Below are positions 21,275 through 30,878 of a stretch of 64,000 nt of DNA, one piece after another. The position numbers and the translations under genes are program-made. The stretch covers positions 1-64,000 of IMG/VR virus record IMGVR_UViG_3300042549_008312; one strand, given 5' to 3'. Position 1 is the stretch's first letter, and each line of letters opens with the position of its first letter. The notes below the pieces were generated by a model. The model searched no databases. It was given only the letters and a program-made list of their open reading frames with translations, and had not been told where the DNA came from. The DNA is from a virus.

Positions 21275-21278
21275 AGTG

Positions 21279-21353
21279 TGGACCCTGTAGGGCTCGAACC
21301 TACGACCTACTGATTATGAGTCAGTTGCTACTAACCAACTGAGCTAAAGGTCC
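21279..21353 (-). tRNA. tRNA-Ile2(CAU) (lysidine type)
   Basis: GGACCTT acceptor and CTCATAA loop; resembles Ile2 rather than Met bodies. Confidence 0.8.
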
Positions 21354-21444
21354 AAATTCGGTGTAAAGTAGTCACGGCCACTTCTAGTCCATTACACCTG
21401 TTTTTATAACCGTGGCACAATGTGGCTCGACCCTGGTTATAATT

Positions 21445-21535
21445 TGGCGGAAGGAGTAGGATTCGAACCCACGGAACGGTTTCCCGTTCTTCAGATTTCA
21501 AGTCTGACGCAATCGACCAACTCTGCCATCCTTCC
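21445..21535 (-). tRNA. tRNA-Ser(UGA)
   Basis: Loop CTTGAAA, long variable arm, encoded CCA. Confidence 0.93.
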
Positions 21536-21569
21536 GTATTATATTATAAATATAAGCAAAAACTTTTAT

Positions 21570-22034
21570 TTAAACAAGTTTTTCTTTATCTTTTTCAATT
21601 GTTTTTTTAGAGACCAGACCTCTACCGTATTTGGTTATACGTTCTTTGTATCTTTCTTTAACGTGTGGGCTAATTGGTATTGGTGTACCATCTTCATCAA
21701 TTCTAACAAATTTGATGTTGGTGTGGGTAACGATTTCCTGGTCACCTGTACGCACATTGTGTTTTCTAACTTCGATGTATAAGGACACTGATGTGTTACC
21801 AAACTCAATAACTTTACCGTAGATTTTAAGTAACGCATTAACCTTAACGGCTTTCTTAAAGATTAACTCATCGATCTTAATTGTAACAACCATTGGTGTG
21901 TCACAAATCTGTGCAGCGTATGCGGCCGAAGCGTCATCAATTAAACTCACTAATGTACCACCGAACATATTGTCGTGTACACCGATATCACCCTTCTTAC
22001 AAATGTAAGTCGTTATTAATTCCATCTGTTCCAT
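21570..22034 (-). CDS. Acyl-CoA thioesterase (HotDog, YciA-like)
   Basis: D.G.H.NMFGG.L...ID, VVT..ID...F, G.TS, FV.ID..G.P. Confidence 0.88.
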   Translation of the reverse strand: MEQMELITTYICKKGDIGVHDNMFGGTLVSLIDDASAAYAAQICDTPMVVTIKIDELIFKKAVKVNALLKIYGKVIEFGNTSVSLYIEVRKHNVRTGDQEIVTHTNIKFVRIDEDGTPIPISPHVKERYKERITKYGRGLVSKKTIEKDKEKLV

Positions 22035-22281
22035 TAAACAATTTTAAGTACTTATTCCTAATTTCTAAAGATTTTCTTTTAAGACTGAAAGAATCGCTAT
22101 CAACCGCCTTAGCGATAATTTCCTCTTCTTCTTTAGTTACATGTTCTAACATAAAATCAAATTCATTGTCAGTTAAATTGTAAAATGATAAAAACATATC
22201 ATCCATTAAATCAAACATACCATGTTGTCCTGGTTGGTTTGTTTTTAAACATTCTTGCACCTCTGGCCTTAATACTTTCAT
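21997..22281 (-). CDS. Hypothetical protein
   Basis: ORF, start revised to MKVLRPE. Confidence 0.55.
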   Translation of the reverse strand: MKVLRPEVQECLKTNQPGQHGMFDLMDDMFLSFYNLTDNEFDFMLEHVTKEEEEIIAKAVDSDSFSLKRKSLEIRNKYLKLFNGTDGINNDLHL

Positions 22282-22324
22282 AATTAAAAAATTAGGGCGA
22301 TACCAAAATAATACCGCCAATTTG

Positions 22325-22708
22325 TGGAGATGAGGGGATTCGAACCCCTGTCTTGTCTAGCCATTAATTAACCCTCGTTCACATGCTTATTCAATTTTTC
22401 TAAACTGACAAACTTCACAATTCCCTTATTTTGACGGTTCGGTTTACTGAGAACTAATCTTCCGCTCGCTTATAAGATAGCGACACATCTTTTTGCAGTT
22501 TTGGGTGACTGTTGTTAGCCAAGCTTTCGCTTAGACTAATTCTAGATCTGCAAACTCAACAGACTGACCATTAAACGTGATGTTTCCGTCAGCATCGATA
22601 TAGCTTTCGCCATTTAAAACTGTATATAGGTTATTAAAGTGTTTCCAATACTAACACTGCATGCATCAAATTAAAGAACGTATCTATCAATCAATTCCAG
22701 TCATCCCC
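22325..22708 (-). ncRNA. ssrA: tmRNA (SsrA); tag ORF 22611-22531 encodes (A)GESYIDADGNITFNGQSVEFADLELV*
   Basis: 5' GGGGATG pairs with 3' CATCTCC-A (G3-U70), T-arm CAGGGGTTCGAATCCCCT, resume context TTTTAAAT-GGC; smpB in the same window. Confidence 0.92.
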
Positions 22709-22715
22709 ATATTTA

Positions 22716-22802
22716 TGGTACCGAGGGCGGGACTCGAACCCGCACGAACGTAATGTCCAAGGGATTTTAAGTCCCTCGTGTCTACCATTCCACCACCTCG
22801 GC
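22716..22802 (-). tRNA. tRNA-Leu(UAA)
   Basis: Loop CTTAAAA, long variable arm, CCA. Confidence 0.93.
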
Positions 22803-22893
22803 ATTGAAATATGATACAAAAGTAGTAAATAAATATGGACTATACAAGTGTTTTAATAAAAATTTTCAATTATTTTGTGATATTTATCTATAT

Positions 22894-23673
22894 ATGGGGT
22901 TAATTGAGGAAATAAAAAGAATGAGACAGATTATGTCCGTTATTAATGAAGAAAAAGGTCATGTGTCAGTATCTTGTCCAAAGTGTGATCACTCATGGAA
23001 AATTGAGGATGATGACCCTGATCCATATCTATGTCATACCTGTGGTTATGATAAACTTGAAGGTAAGTATGAACCTGAAAAACTGGCTAAATGGAAAAAA
23101 GAGTCTGGTCTAGAGGAGAATGATGATGAAGAAGTTGAAGATGATGATAACGATTTTTTTGGTATAAGAGAAGATCTAGCTGACCTTAAGAAAGAATTGG
23201 TTGCTGCTGGTGTAAACGATAATACAAGATTACATCTAACACATGATAGTGAATTAAAAAGAGTTAACACACCACAAAAAGCAACAGGGCCAAAACCAAA
23301 TGGTCTTTGGTATTGTGTTGGTTTTGGTTGGTTAGATTTCACAACCAGCGATTTCAAAACTTTTTATACAATCGGTAACCGTGTTCATGCTTTTGACATT
23401 AGTCTTGATGGTTTGGATGTGCTTCTTATAAGAAATTATGACCAATTGGTCAGATTTGAAAATAGATACTTGGTTAAGGATGAAACAAATTACTCAAGAA
23501 AAAATAACTTTAGCATTAACTGGGCTAAAGTTGCTGAAGATTATGATGGTATAGAGATAGCGCCATACATATATGAAGCTAGATATGAGCATGCCTGGTA
23601 TTACGGTTGGGACGTTGCTTCTGGATGTATCTGGAACACAAGTGGTTTAAAATCAAAAAAACTCCTACAATAA
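22894..23673 (+). CDS. Hypothetical protein: Zn-ribbon + conserved KP.GLW / YDGI / W.YGWDV.S.CIWN domain
   Basis: CPKC..W...D...CH.CG; start revised to MGLIEE. Confidence 0.6.
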   Translation: MGLIEEIKRMRQIMSVINEEKGHVSVSCPKCDHSWKIEDDDPDPYLCHTCGYDKLEGKYEPEKLAKWKKESGLEENDDEEVEDDDNDFFGIREDLADLKKELVAAGVNDNTRLHLTHDSELKRVNTPQKATGPKPNGLWYCVGFGWLDFTTSDFKTFYTIGNRVHAFDISLDGLDVLLIRNYDQLVRFENRYLVKDETNYSRKNNFSINWAKVAEDYDGIEIAPYIYEARYEHAWYYGWDVASGCIWNTSGLKSKKLLQ

Positions 23674-23725
23674 AGGTATTTATTAAAAACACAAACTATT
23701 TATAATATAGCAAAATCATATAATC

Positions 23726-24475
23726 ATGAAAATTAAATTAACCTTAAAGCAAATAAAGAATTTAATCAATGAAGGTAAATTACCTTATAGATTCTTGGAA
23801 GATAATAACCCAGAAGAGACTGAAACTATTGATGGTGAAATGTCTGGTGATGGTGAGAAGATGTCAAACGAACCTGAAATGTCAGCTGATGAACAAATCA
23901 GAAGTATTAAAGGTGGTAGCATTATTGACTTCTTACAGCAAATGCCAAGAAGAGGTTCATACGGTTATGTTTATTATACAGCTGAAATCCCTGTTAATAA
24001 AAACTATATCGATGATGACGGTGTTAAGAAACCAAACCCTATAGTTGGTAAACTATACAAAAACACCGTATTTAAATTCCAATTTGATAAATCTTATAAA
24101 AGAGCTGTTGAAATTAAAAACGAAAAAACTGGTGATGATTATGAGGTTGGATCTAGACAAGCGGTCTATAAAGATGTTGAGGGTTACAATATGTTATTAG
24201 AAGGCCCAAAAGGTTTATATTTCCCTATTGTATTAGACGACCCTAAAGGTGATCAAAGCGCAAATTACATGTTAATGAATGACAACGGTGGTTTTGATGT
24301 TGTATCGAAAGAACAAATAAAAAAATATTTAAAACCCGTTTCAGGTACATCAACATATATTAATTACAGATCTTTAATTGTCCAAAAAATATTTAAAATT
24401 AAAGCTGGGGGTAGGGCGTTTAGCAACTCAGAGTTCCCTTACGAATATTTAGGACCAGAAAACTTACAGAAATAA
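23726..24475 (+). CDS. Hypothetical protein
   Basis: ORF behind TATTTATA. Confidence 0.6.
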   Translation: MKIKLTLKQIKNLINEGKLPYRFLEDNNPEETETIDGEMSGDGEKMSNEPEMSADEQIRSIKGGSIIDFLQQMPRRGSYGYVYYTAEIPVNKNYIDDDGVKKPNPIVGKLYKNTVFKFQFDKSYKRAVEIKNEKTGDDYEVGSRQAVYKDVEGYNMLLEGPKGLYFPIVLDDPKGDQSANYMLMNDNGGFDVVSKEQIKKYLKPVSGTSTYINYRSLIVQKIFKIKAGGRAFSNSEFPYEYLGPENLQK

Positions 24476-24506
24476 AAAAAGCCCCAATTTAAGGGGCTTT
24501 TTCTTT
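24474..24506. terminator. Bidirectional intrinsic terminator between convergent genes
   Basis: aaaaaagcccc aatttaa ggggctttt. Confidence 0.8.
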
Positions 24507-25537
24507 TACTTATTAAATCGTTTAAACGATGCTTCCGTTATCAGATTATATTTGGCACGTCCAATAAACTCACTAAGATTCTTTGCATCCGTATAACTCA
24601 TAGCTGATGTTAGATAATGTTTAAAGTTATCAACCCAACCATCTATAGTATATTCAACAGCATGCACCCTTACAACACCTTCAGATGTTTTAACGTCCGT
24701 CTTACCCCAACTTGCTTGCACCTCTTTGGTTGACATCCCTCTGAATTTCTTGTATAGTTTACCACCAGCTTTAAAAAATTCTTTTGCTTTTAAATTGTAC
24801 TGATTAATACGTTCACCATCCTCATCTACGGTATCACCAGCACTTTCCAGGGCTTTATTAAAGATTGAACCAAGCATTACATAGTCAGCACCAAGGGCCA
24901 ATGCTTTAATTACATCTGAATACTTTTTAAACCCACCGTCAGCAACAATTTGCGCTGGTTTTTCTAAAGTGCATGAAACTTTATATGTTTCAACAATCAA
25001 TGAGGCCATTGGATACCCGACACCTGTGTGTACAGTTGTTAAACAACCACCACCGTTTCCAATACCAATTCTAACATAGTCAGCACCAGCATCAGATAAT
25101 AAAGCGTATGTTTCTGGATTGGCAACATTACCAACCATCAATACCAATGAATCACCATATTTCTCCTTCGCTGTTCTGGTTAATTCGTGTACAGCTGGCA
25201 TATGGCCGTTTGCAACATCTAAAAGAATGTGATGTTTTGATTCTTTTGGTTGATCGTTCTTAATGAACACATCTTCGAATTGAGTAAGCCCATATGAAAT
25301 CCACTCACTAAAACTTGTCTTGGGATGTAAATCTGTATTGGCTGTTCTTGGTAAGATCACATTAATACATTGCTCTTTAAAATAATGAGCGTTGTGTATG
25401 TTCACAACTGTATCCATGGGCGCTGTGAATAAAGGTAATCCACCTTTATCATCAAAGGGGTATATTTCCGATCTGGAGTTAATTCTGGTTATTGCCGATG
25501 GCATTAACAACACATCATCAAAGTCAAATAAAGTCAT
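24506..25537 (-). CDS. IMP dehydrogenase/GMP reductase family (no CBS domains)
   Basis: FDDVLL.P, APMDTV, DVANGH, GIG.GGGCLT, ADGG, FRGMST, SEG. Confidence 0.9.
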   Translation of the reverse strand: MTLFDFDDVLLMPSAITRINSRSEIYPFDDKGGLPLFTAPMDTVVNIHNAHYFKEQCINVILPRTANTDLHPKTSFSEWISYGLTQFEDVFIKNDQPKESKHHILLDVANGHMPAVHELTRTAKEKYGDSLVLMVGNVANPETYALLSDAGADYVRIGIGNGGGCLTTVHTGVGYPMASLIVETYKVSCTLEKPAQIVADGGFKKYSDVIKALALGADYVMLGSIFNKALESAGDTVDEDGERINQYNLKAKEFFKAGGKLYKKFRGMSTKEVQASWGKTDVKTSEGVVRVHAVEYTIDGWVDNFKHYLTSAMSYTDAKNLSEFIGRAKYNLITEASFKRFNK

Positions 25538-25594
25538 ATTGTTTTATTTTATGTTATGGGACAAAAGTAGTAACTAATTTGGTATAAACCAAAT

Positions 25595-26239
25595 TTAAAC
25601 CCACTTTGGTTTATCTAAAATATATTTTTCTCCATAAACCTTTAGATCACTATTTATTATATCATCAAAATTACTTACATAGTTTTTTGAGGTCGACATT
25701 TTACCAAAAAGCTTAAAACCTAGATAACCGTAACAAGGTTTAGGTGAGTACTGATGTAAATACTCATCACCAGCATAATGAATTAAATCTTGTGGTATTG
25801 GTGTGTATAAATCTGTTTTACCAAAAATAAGTGTACCCCACCCATAATCCCTATTATAATGAACTCTTAAACCGAAAACATATGGTTTTATTTTAATCTC
25901 CAATTGGGTTTTATCCATACCGATTAAATTAACTTCATCATCCTCGTTATAAAATCTAACAACATCATCAATCATTTTCCCATTAAATAATATATCATCA
26001 TTACATAAAGCGTAATATTTTGACTTGGTTAATAATACACCTAAATTCCAAGATTTATTACACATTAGATTTGATCCAGTGTTTACGATTTTAAGTTTTT
26101 CATATTCAGGTAGTCTCACCCGATTTTCAGAATTTTCAATTAAAATAATCTCACTAACTAATGGATGAAAATTTAACATTTCCAATAAAAATGGCATTGT
26201 TTCAGCCATATATACGGTTGGTATGATAAAGGTTACCAT
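25595..26239 (-). CDS. Glycosyltransferase family 2-like
   Basis: FIIPT, EIILIEN, WNLG, CNDD. Confidence 0.8.
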   Translation of the reverse strand: MVTFIIPTVYMAETMPFLLEMLNFHPLVSEIILIENSENRVRLPEYEKLKIVNTGSNLMCNKSWNLGVLLTKSKYYALCNDDILFNGKMIDDVVRFYNEDDEVNLIGMDKTQLEIKIKPYVFGLRVHYNRDYGWGTLIFGKTDLYTPIPQDLIHYAGDEYLHQYSPKPCYGYLGFKLFGKMSTSKNYVSNFDDIINSDLKVYGEKYILDKPKWV

Positions 26240-26245
26240 ATTTAA

Positions 26246-26791
26246 TTATCGTTTAATACCCCAAAAATACAAATCACATGTTTCTGGTTCGTATTTAAAT
26301 TCATATTCGGTGAAAATATTATTCACATCAAGAACTTTTTTAATATCGCTTTCTGTTAAATTTTTATAGTAGTTAGCCCATTCTTCACTAAATTGGGAAA
26401 GAAATGGTGCGTTTTCTGGTGTTGTCCTCAAAGTACCATGCTCATGTCTACTTGTTGAGGCACATGTAAATACCATTAAACCACCAGATCTTAATAACCT
26501 AACCATGTTATTTAAAGACCTCGCATAATACATATCATGTTCAAAACATTCCCCAGATGTTACAATATCAAATTGGAAACCAGAGTCATATAAATGAGCT
26601 GGGCAAATAACATCAACATTGGGTCCGCTAGCTAAGTCTAAACCAATATAATAATATGGTTGTTGAAATAGGTGTCTAACATTACCGTTGATATCTAATG
26701 AACCAATATCCAGTATTTTAACATCAGTGAAAAGGTTTGGGTATTTTTCTTTAACTGATCTAAAGAAGTTTTGTTGTTGTTCGTGTGCCAT
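26246..26791 (-). CDS. Class I SAM-dependent methyltransferase
   Basis: ILDIGS.D.NG, YIGLD...G.NVD, ECFEH, L..GG. Confidence 0.85.
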   Translation of the reverse strand: MAHEQQQNFFRSVKEKYPNLFTDVKILDIGSLDINGNVRHLFQQPYYYIGLDLASGPNVDVICPAHLYDSGFQFDIVTSGECFEHDMYYARSLNNMVRLLRSGGLMVFTCASTSRHEHGTLRTTPENAPFLSQFSEEWANYYKNLTESDIKKVLDVNNIFTEYEFKYEPETCDLYFWGIKR

Positions 26792-26833
26792 ATTTTTTTT
26801 ATAAAAATAGAGAAACTTTTTAATAAAACCAAA

Positions 26834-27823
26834 TTATTCCTCAACAATTCTTGCTGAATCAATGTAAAACCTATCATTGGGGTTGGTTAGATTTAATTCT
26901 TTAAATAAAGAACCATTGACAAATATTTTTATGTGAGCAGCGTCCGCATAATTAACCTTTAAGTTAATCCAAACACACCTATAATAAGGTACAATAAAAG
27001 TTTTTGTTACCCCATTTTTGTTTTTATCAATAACAACCACGTCAATAATGTTCCCGTCTAACTTACTCAAATTATCATGAGCAATATGTAACACGCCATC
27101 AACTGTGTGTAAACAGTATTTATCAGATAAACCAATAAATGTTTGATTAGTGTTAATCTTCATTACATCTTTTATCTTATCAGTACTCTCAACTTTAATT
27201 TTTAGTTTTGACCATAGGGTATCATATATCATACCCTCTGTAAGAGGAAACGTTTGTTTATGATATCTTGATTTATATTCGGATACCAAATACTCCTCAT
27301 CATATTTTAAGTCATCAAATGATAGTTTTTTTAAGTTAAAGCTAATGGGTAAAAGTAAATGTTTAGTTTCTTTATGGCTTGCTGGTTCAAAACCAACCAA
27401 ATCGCATTCACCATCACATATTAACGCTTTAGCTTCCTCAAAGTGTGTAAAATCGTTTATTTCAGAATCATATTCCAAATAATGAACAATGTCATACCCA
27501 AGAGCTTTTAGGTAAGCAAAACCACCAGATTGTAATGTCCAACAAGCTAAAAGTGTAGTGGCTGATTTTAAATTTATAAATGTAAATTTTATATTACCGA
27601 TTTTGGTATTAGACCAATATTGTATTGTTGGATCAAGTATTAATTTATTTTCGTTATCAAATATTGTGTATTTACACATTTCTTCAATATCTTTTGGTAT
27701 TGGTGAATGTGATATAACCATTATGTCCTTACCTTGTTTACTAATACTATCAACCAAAGACCTTAAAACTTGTTGTTTTTTAAAAGTAGGGGTATAGGCG
27801 GTTATTAAATAAATTTCTTTCAT
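26834..27823 (-). CDS. Putative glycosyltransferase-like protein
   Basis: SH.P, HYLEYD (DxD-like) within the sugar cluster. Confidence 0.5.
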   Translation of the reverse strand: MKEIYLITAYTPTFKKQQVLRSLVDSISKQGKDIMVISHSPIPKDIEEMCKYTIFDNENKLILDPTIQYWSNTKIGNIKFTFINLKSATTLLACWTLQSGGFAYLKALGYDIVHYLEYDSEINDFTHFEEAKALICDGECDLVGFEPASHKETKHLLLPISFNLKKLSFDDLKYDEEYLVSEYKSRYHKQTFPLTEGMIYDTLWSKLKIKVESTDKIKDVMKINTNQTFIGLSDKYCLHTVDGVLHIAHDNLSKLDGNIIDVVVIDKNKNGVTKTFIVPYYRCVWINLKVNYADAAHIKIFVNGSLFKELNLTNPNDRFYIDSARIVEE

Positions 27824-27824
27824 A

Positions 27825-28766
27825 TTATTTAACCCATTTCATTATAGTTGAACCCCAGGCCCAACCAGAACCAATCGCTGTGAATACGATGATATCACCT
27901 TTATTAATCTGATTATTCATAACAGCGTCATCTAATGCTATGGGTACCGATGCACCAGCAATGTTAGCGTATTTATGCATAACAGTTTTAACCTTTTCCA
28001 TTGGTAAACCAACTTCATCAGCAACTATTTTTAATATATTGATACTTGGTTGGTGTGGTATAAGCATATCAACTTCCTCAGCTTTAATATTTGATTTTTT
28101 AAGTACACTCTTTATCGATATTGGTAAAACCTTAATAGCTTGTTCCCAAACCTCTTTACCTCTCATTATGAAAGGTGCGTTAAGTGGCATGTTGAAACCA
28201 GTCATACCAGTGTCCTTACCATTTGCACTACTTTCAAATGACATCCAACCATCTTCATCATAACCCAAAACAATTGCACCAGCACCATCACCAAAAAATA
28301 CGGAGTGTTGGTTAGTCCAATCTGTATGTTTTGAGTAAGCTTCTGTTGCAATAATTAAAACGTTTTTATGTACCTTATGACTTATAAGTGGTATCATAAG
28401 ATTAATTGCGTAAACAAAACCAGAACAAACAGCGTTTATATCAAAAGCTGGTATATCTCTATCAATATTAAATTTATTGTGTATGATACATGCTGTTGAT
28501 GGTGATATTTTTTCTGGACTAGATGTTGCAACAATAATTAAATCAATACCATCAATTCCCATATTAGCCGACTCAAGCGCTTTTAAGGCAGCTTTATAAC
28601 CCATCTCGGATGGTGTTTCTTCGGCAACTCTTCTTTCATCAATACCAAGTTTATCTTTAACCCAAACATGTGTTGTATTAACAGTTTTTTCAAGGTCATG
28701 ATTAGTTACAATCTTATTAGGTAAATAAGAGCCAACACCTTTTATACTAACATTATTATAAATCAT
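27825..28766 (-). CDS. fabH: 3-oxoacyl-ACP synthase III (FabH family)
   Basis: FDINAVCSGFVYA, FGDGAGA, PHQ, AN..GAS. Confidence 0.9.
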   Translation of the reverse strand: MIYNNVSIKGVGSYLPNKIVTNHDLEKTVNTTHVWVKDKLGIDERRVAEETPSEMGYKAALKALESANMGIDGIDLIIVATSSPEKISPSTACIIHNKFNIDRDIPAFDINAVCSGFVYAINLMIPLISHKVHKNVLIIATEAYSKHTDWTNQHSVFFGDGAGAIVLGYDEDGWMSFESSANGKDTGMTGFNMPLNAPFIMRGKEVWEQAIKVLPISIKSVLKKSNIKAEEVDMLIPHQPSINILKIVADEVGLPMEKVKTVMHKYANIAGASVPIALDDAVMNNQINKGDIIVFTAIGSGWAWGSTIMKWVK

Positions 28767-29298
28767 ATTCTAACATTTTATTCTCCCTGTTTTTAATTAA
28801 TTTAATCGGGTTACCACCATATATACCATAAGCAGGTAGATCTTTACTGACTAAACTTAATGCACCAACTGCCGTACCCTCTTCAATTGTTACACCTGGT
28901 AAAACAACCACGTTACAACCAAGAACAACATACTTCTTTAAATGCACGGTTTTGCTTCTAACGTTAGTAAATTCTTTAGGTACTGTTGGCCCAACTAAAT
29001 AATTACCAGAAAAATCATCTGATGATGAGTAAATTGAAACTTTTCCTGATATTTGCGAATGATCCTCACAAATTATAGCACCAGAACCTATTAAATGAGC
29101 ATAACACGCAATATGTATATAATTACCCAATTTAATACCACCTTCACCAGCACTTAAGATACAAAAATCATCTATTCTAACATTTGAACCGATCTCGATA
29201 TTTTTAGCGTTATATATTGACGCTTTGTCCGATATTAAAACGTTTTCACCTAACGATTTAAAACCCATTTCTAATAATTCATTTCTACTGTAAAACAT
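28756..29298 (-). CDS. Hexapeptide-repeat sugar N-acyltransferase (VioB-like)
   Basis: GFK.LGENV.IS....IY....I.IG.NVRIDDFC, left-handed beta-helix repeats. Confidence 0.85.
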   Translation of the reverse strand: MFYSRNELLEMGFKSLGENVLISDKASIYNAKNIEIGSNVRIDDFCILSAGEGGIKLGNYIHIACYAHLIGSGAIICEDHSQISGKVSIYSSSDDFSGNYLVGPTVPKEFTNVRSKTVHLKKYVVLGCNVVVLPGVTIEEGTAVGALSLVSKDLPAYGIYGGNPIKLIKNRENKMLEYDL

Positions 29299-29299
29299 A

Positions 29300-29953
29300 T
29301 TATCTATTAGCTTTTGTGTAAATCTCAAATTTAGATAAATCTGGGTATGGTAATTCTAAATCAGCATTATGTTTTGGTTTACCGTTTATATCATAAAATT
29401 GACCCATTAATAATAAACCCCTAGTTGCTAACTCTGGCATCATATAATAGTTCCAACCCAACATATCAAGATTGTCATCATGGTATGAACATTCACGTCT
29501 ACCAGAATATCTCGCACGTTTAAACCAAAGATAAGCTTCATGACTATCTGTTAAAATAGCACCACCTTTTGACAACTTAAAATGTTTGTAAGGACCTGTA
29601 AATGAAACACACATATGTGTTTCAGGGATATACATATCCGCTGTAAATCTTAACGCTGAATCCCATACATTACTACCTTTAAGTTCGTAAGCACCCTTAA
29701 TAGTTTTACCTTCAACATGATCAAAACCAACTTTTAAACCAGTATGAATAATTTCACATGGTACAGATGGGTATGTTCTACTAGGTATGGTGATTGTATC
29801 ACCAGTTATAGATTTTTTTACGTTTTTTTCGTAATATAATGCTAAAAATAATGCATTACTTTGGTTATCAACTGTAACCACATAAGGAGCACCAGTGTAA
29901 TCACTTAATGCTTTTTCAAAGTCTTCTGTTATTTTGTAAATTCCGTTTGCCAT
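29300..29953 (-). CDS. Short DegT/DnrJ/EryC1/StrS-family sugar aminotransferase
   Basis: FE..L..Y.G...VV.V.....AL.LAL, DSA, SF...K....GGAILT, GWNY.M. Confidence 0.8.
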   Translation of the reverse strand: MANGIYKITEDFEKALSDYTGAPYVVTVDNQSNALFLALYYEKNVKKSITGDTITIPSRTYPSVPCEIIHTGLKVGFDHVEGKTIKGAYELKGSNVWDSALRFTADMYIPETHMCVSFTGPYKHFKLSKGGAILTDSHEAYLWFKRARYSGRRECSYHDDNLDMLGWNYYMMPELATRGLLLMGQFYDINGKPKHNADLELPYPDLSKFEIYTKANR

Positions 29954-30548
29954 ATATTTTTTTATTAATTATTTTTTTTTTACAGGGTACTCCCACATAA
30001 GTTCCTGATTCTAATATGTTATTAACAACAGCGCCATTCATTCCAATAACACAATCAGATGTAATTTGTATCTTTTCTTTAATATTAGAACAGCTACCCA
30101 TATAAACTCTATCACCAATTTCAACATTTCCACCAACAACAGCGTTTGGCATTGCGCTGAAATAATTGCCGATAATACAATCATGCCCTATTTGATTACC
30201 TCTATTTAAAATAGCGTGTTCACCTATATTAATATTGGTTGTGAGTATACTATATGCACCAATAAAACTACCCTCACCAATTTTAACATCACCGATTAAT
30301 AGAGCGGTTGGGTGAATGAAGGTAAAAAATTGAGTGTCTTTTGGTAATCTTTGGGTGATGTCATATCTATCTCTTGAGTCAGCGACCGCAATCATTGCGA
30401 TATGTTTTTTTGGGTCAAATAATGATAATGGTAATACGTCTTCACTATGTTTAACATATTGGTCATCAACAAATCTATCTAATTTAACACCCATCTGAGC
30501 CATCACTTCTCTAGAGTGGCCACCACCACCTATTAAAACTTTTTCCAT
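29916..30548 (-). CDS. NeuD/PglD-like sugar acyltransferase
   Basis: IGGGGH.REV, FIHPTA, IGHDC, YVGVP. Confidence 0.88.
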   Translation of the reverse strand: MEKVLIGGGGHSREVMAQMGVKLDRFVDDQYVKHSEDVLPLSLFDPKKHIAMIAVADSRDRYDITQRLPKDTQFFTFIHPTALLIGDVKIGEGSFIGAYSILTTNINIGEHAILNRGNQIGHDCIIGNYFSAMPNAVVGGNVEIGDRVYMGSCSNIKEKIQITSDCVIGMNGAVVNNILESGTYVGVPCKKKIINKKIYGKRNLQNNRRL

Positions 30549-30627
30549 GATCTATTCGTATTATTATATAATAATATGAAAATGTATAGAAAAAACAAGT
30601 ATTTAAAAAAACATATTGGAAAATAAA

Positions 30628-30713
30628 TGGAGCCTTCTGTTGGATTCGAACCAACGTGTCCTTTCGGATCCTGATTACAAGTCAGGTGCAATCAACCACT
30701 ATGCGAAGAAGGC
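30628..30713 (-). tRNA. tRNA-Thr(UGU) with atypical long variable arm
   Basis: Acceptor GCCTTCT/AGAAGGC-U-CCA, loop CTTGTAA, variable hairpin TCC-GAAA-GGA. Confidence 0.8.
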
Positions 30714-30715
30714 AT

Positions 30716-30792
30716 TGGAGCGGGTAGCGAGACTCAAACTCGCAACCCCCAGCTTGGAAGGCTAGTGCTCTAGTCAATTGAGCTATACCCGC
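30716..30792 (-). tRNA. tRNA-Gly(UCC)
   Basis: Loop CTTCCAA, U73, CCA. Confidence 0.92.
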
Positions 30793-30878
30793 AATTTGGT
30801 CTGGATCAGAGTCCTTCTGCCAGACGAGACCTCGTAGTTGACTTTCGTCAGAGCTTATCGAGACACTATTTTTTTTTG

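Noticed and set aside
30797-30866. Possible hammerhead ribozyme (CTGACGA)
   Set aside because: No stem II followed by GAAA and no stem III/cleavage triplet in the right order; the sequence is better explained as a TGAC-GAAA-GTCA hairpin
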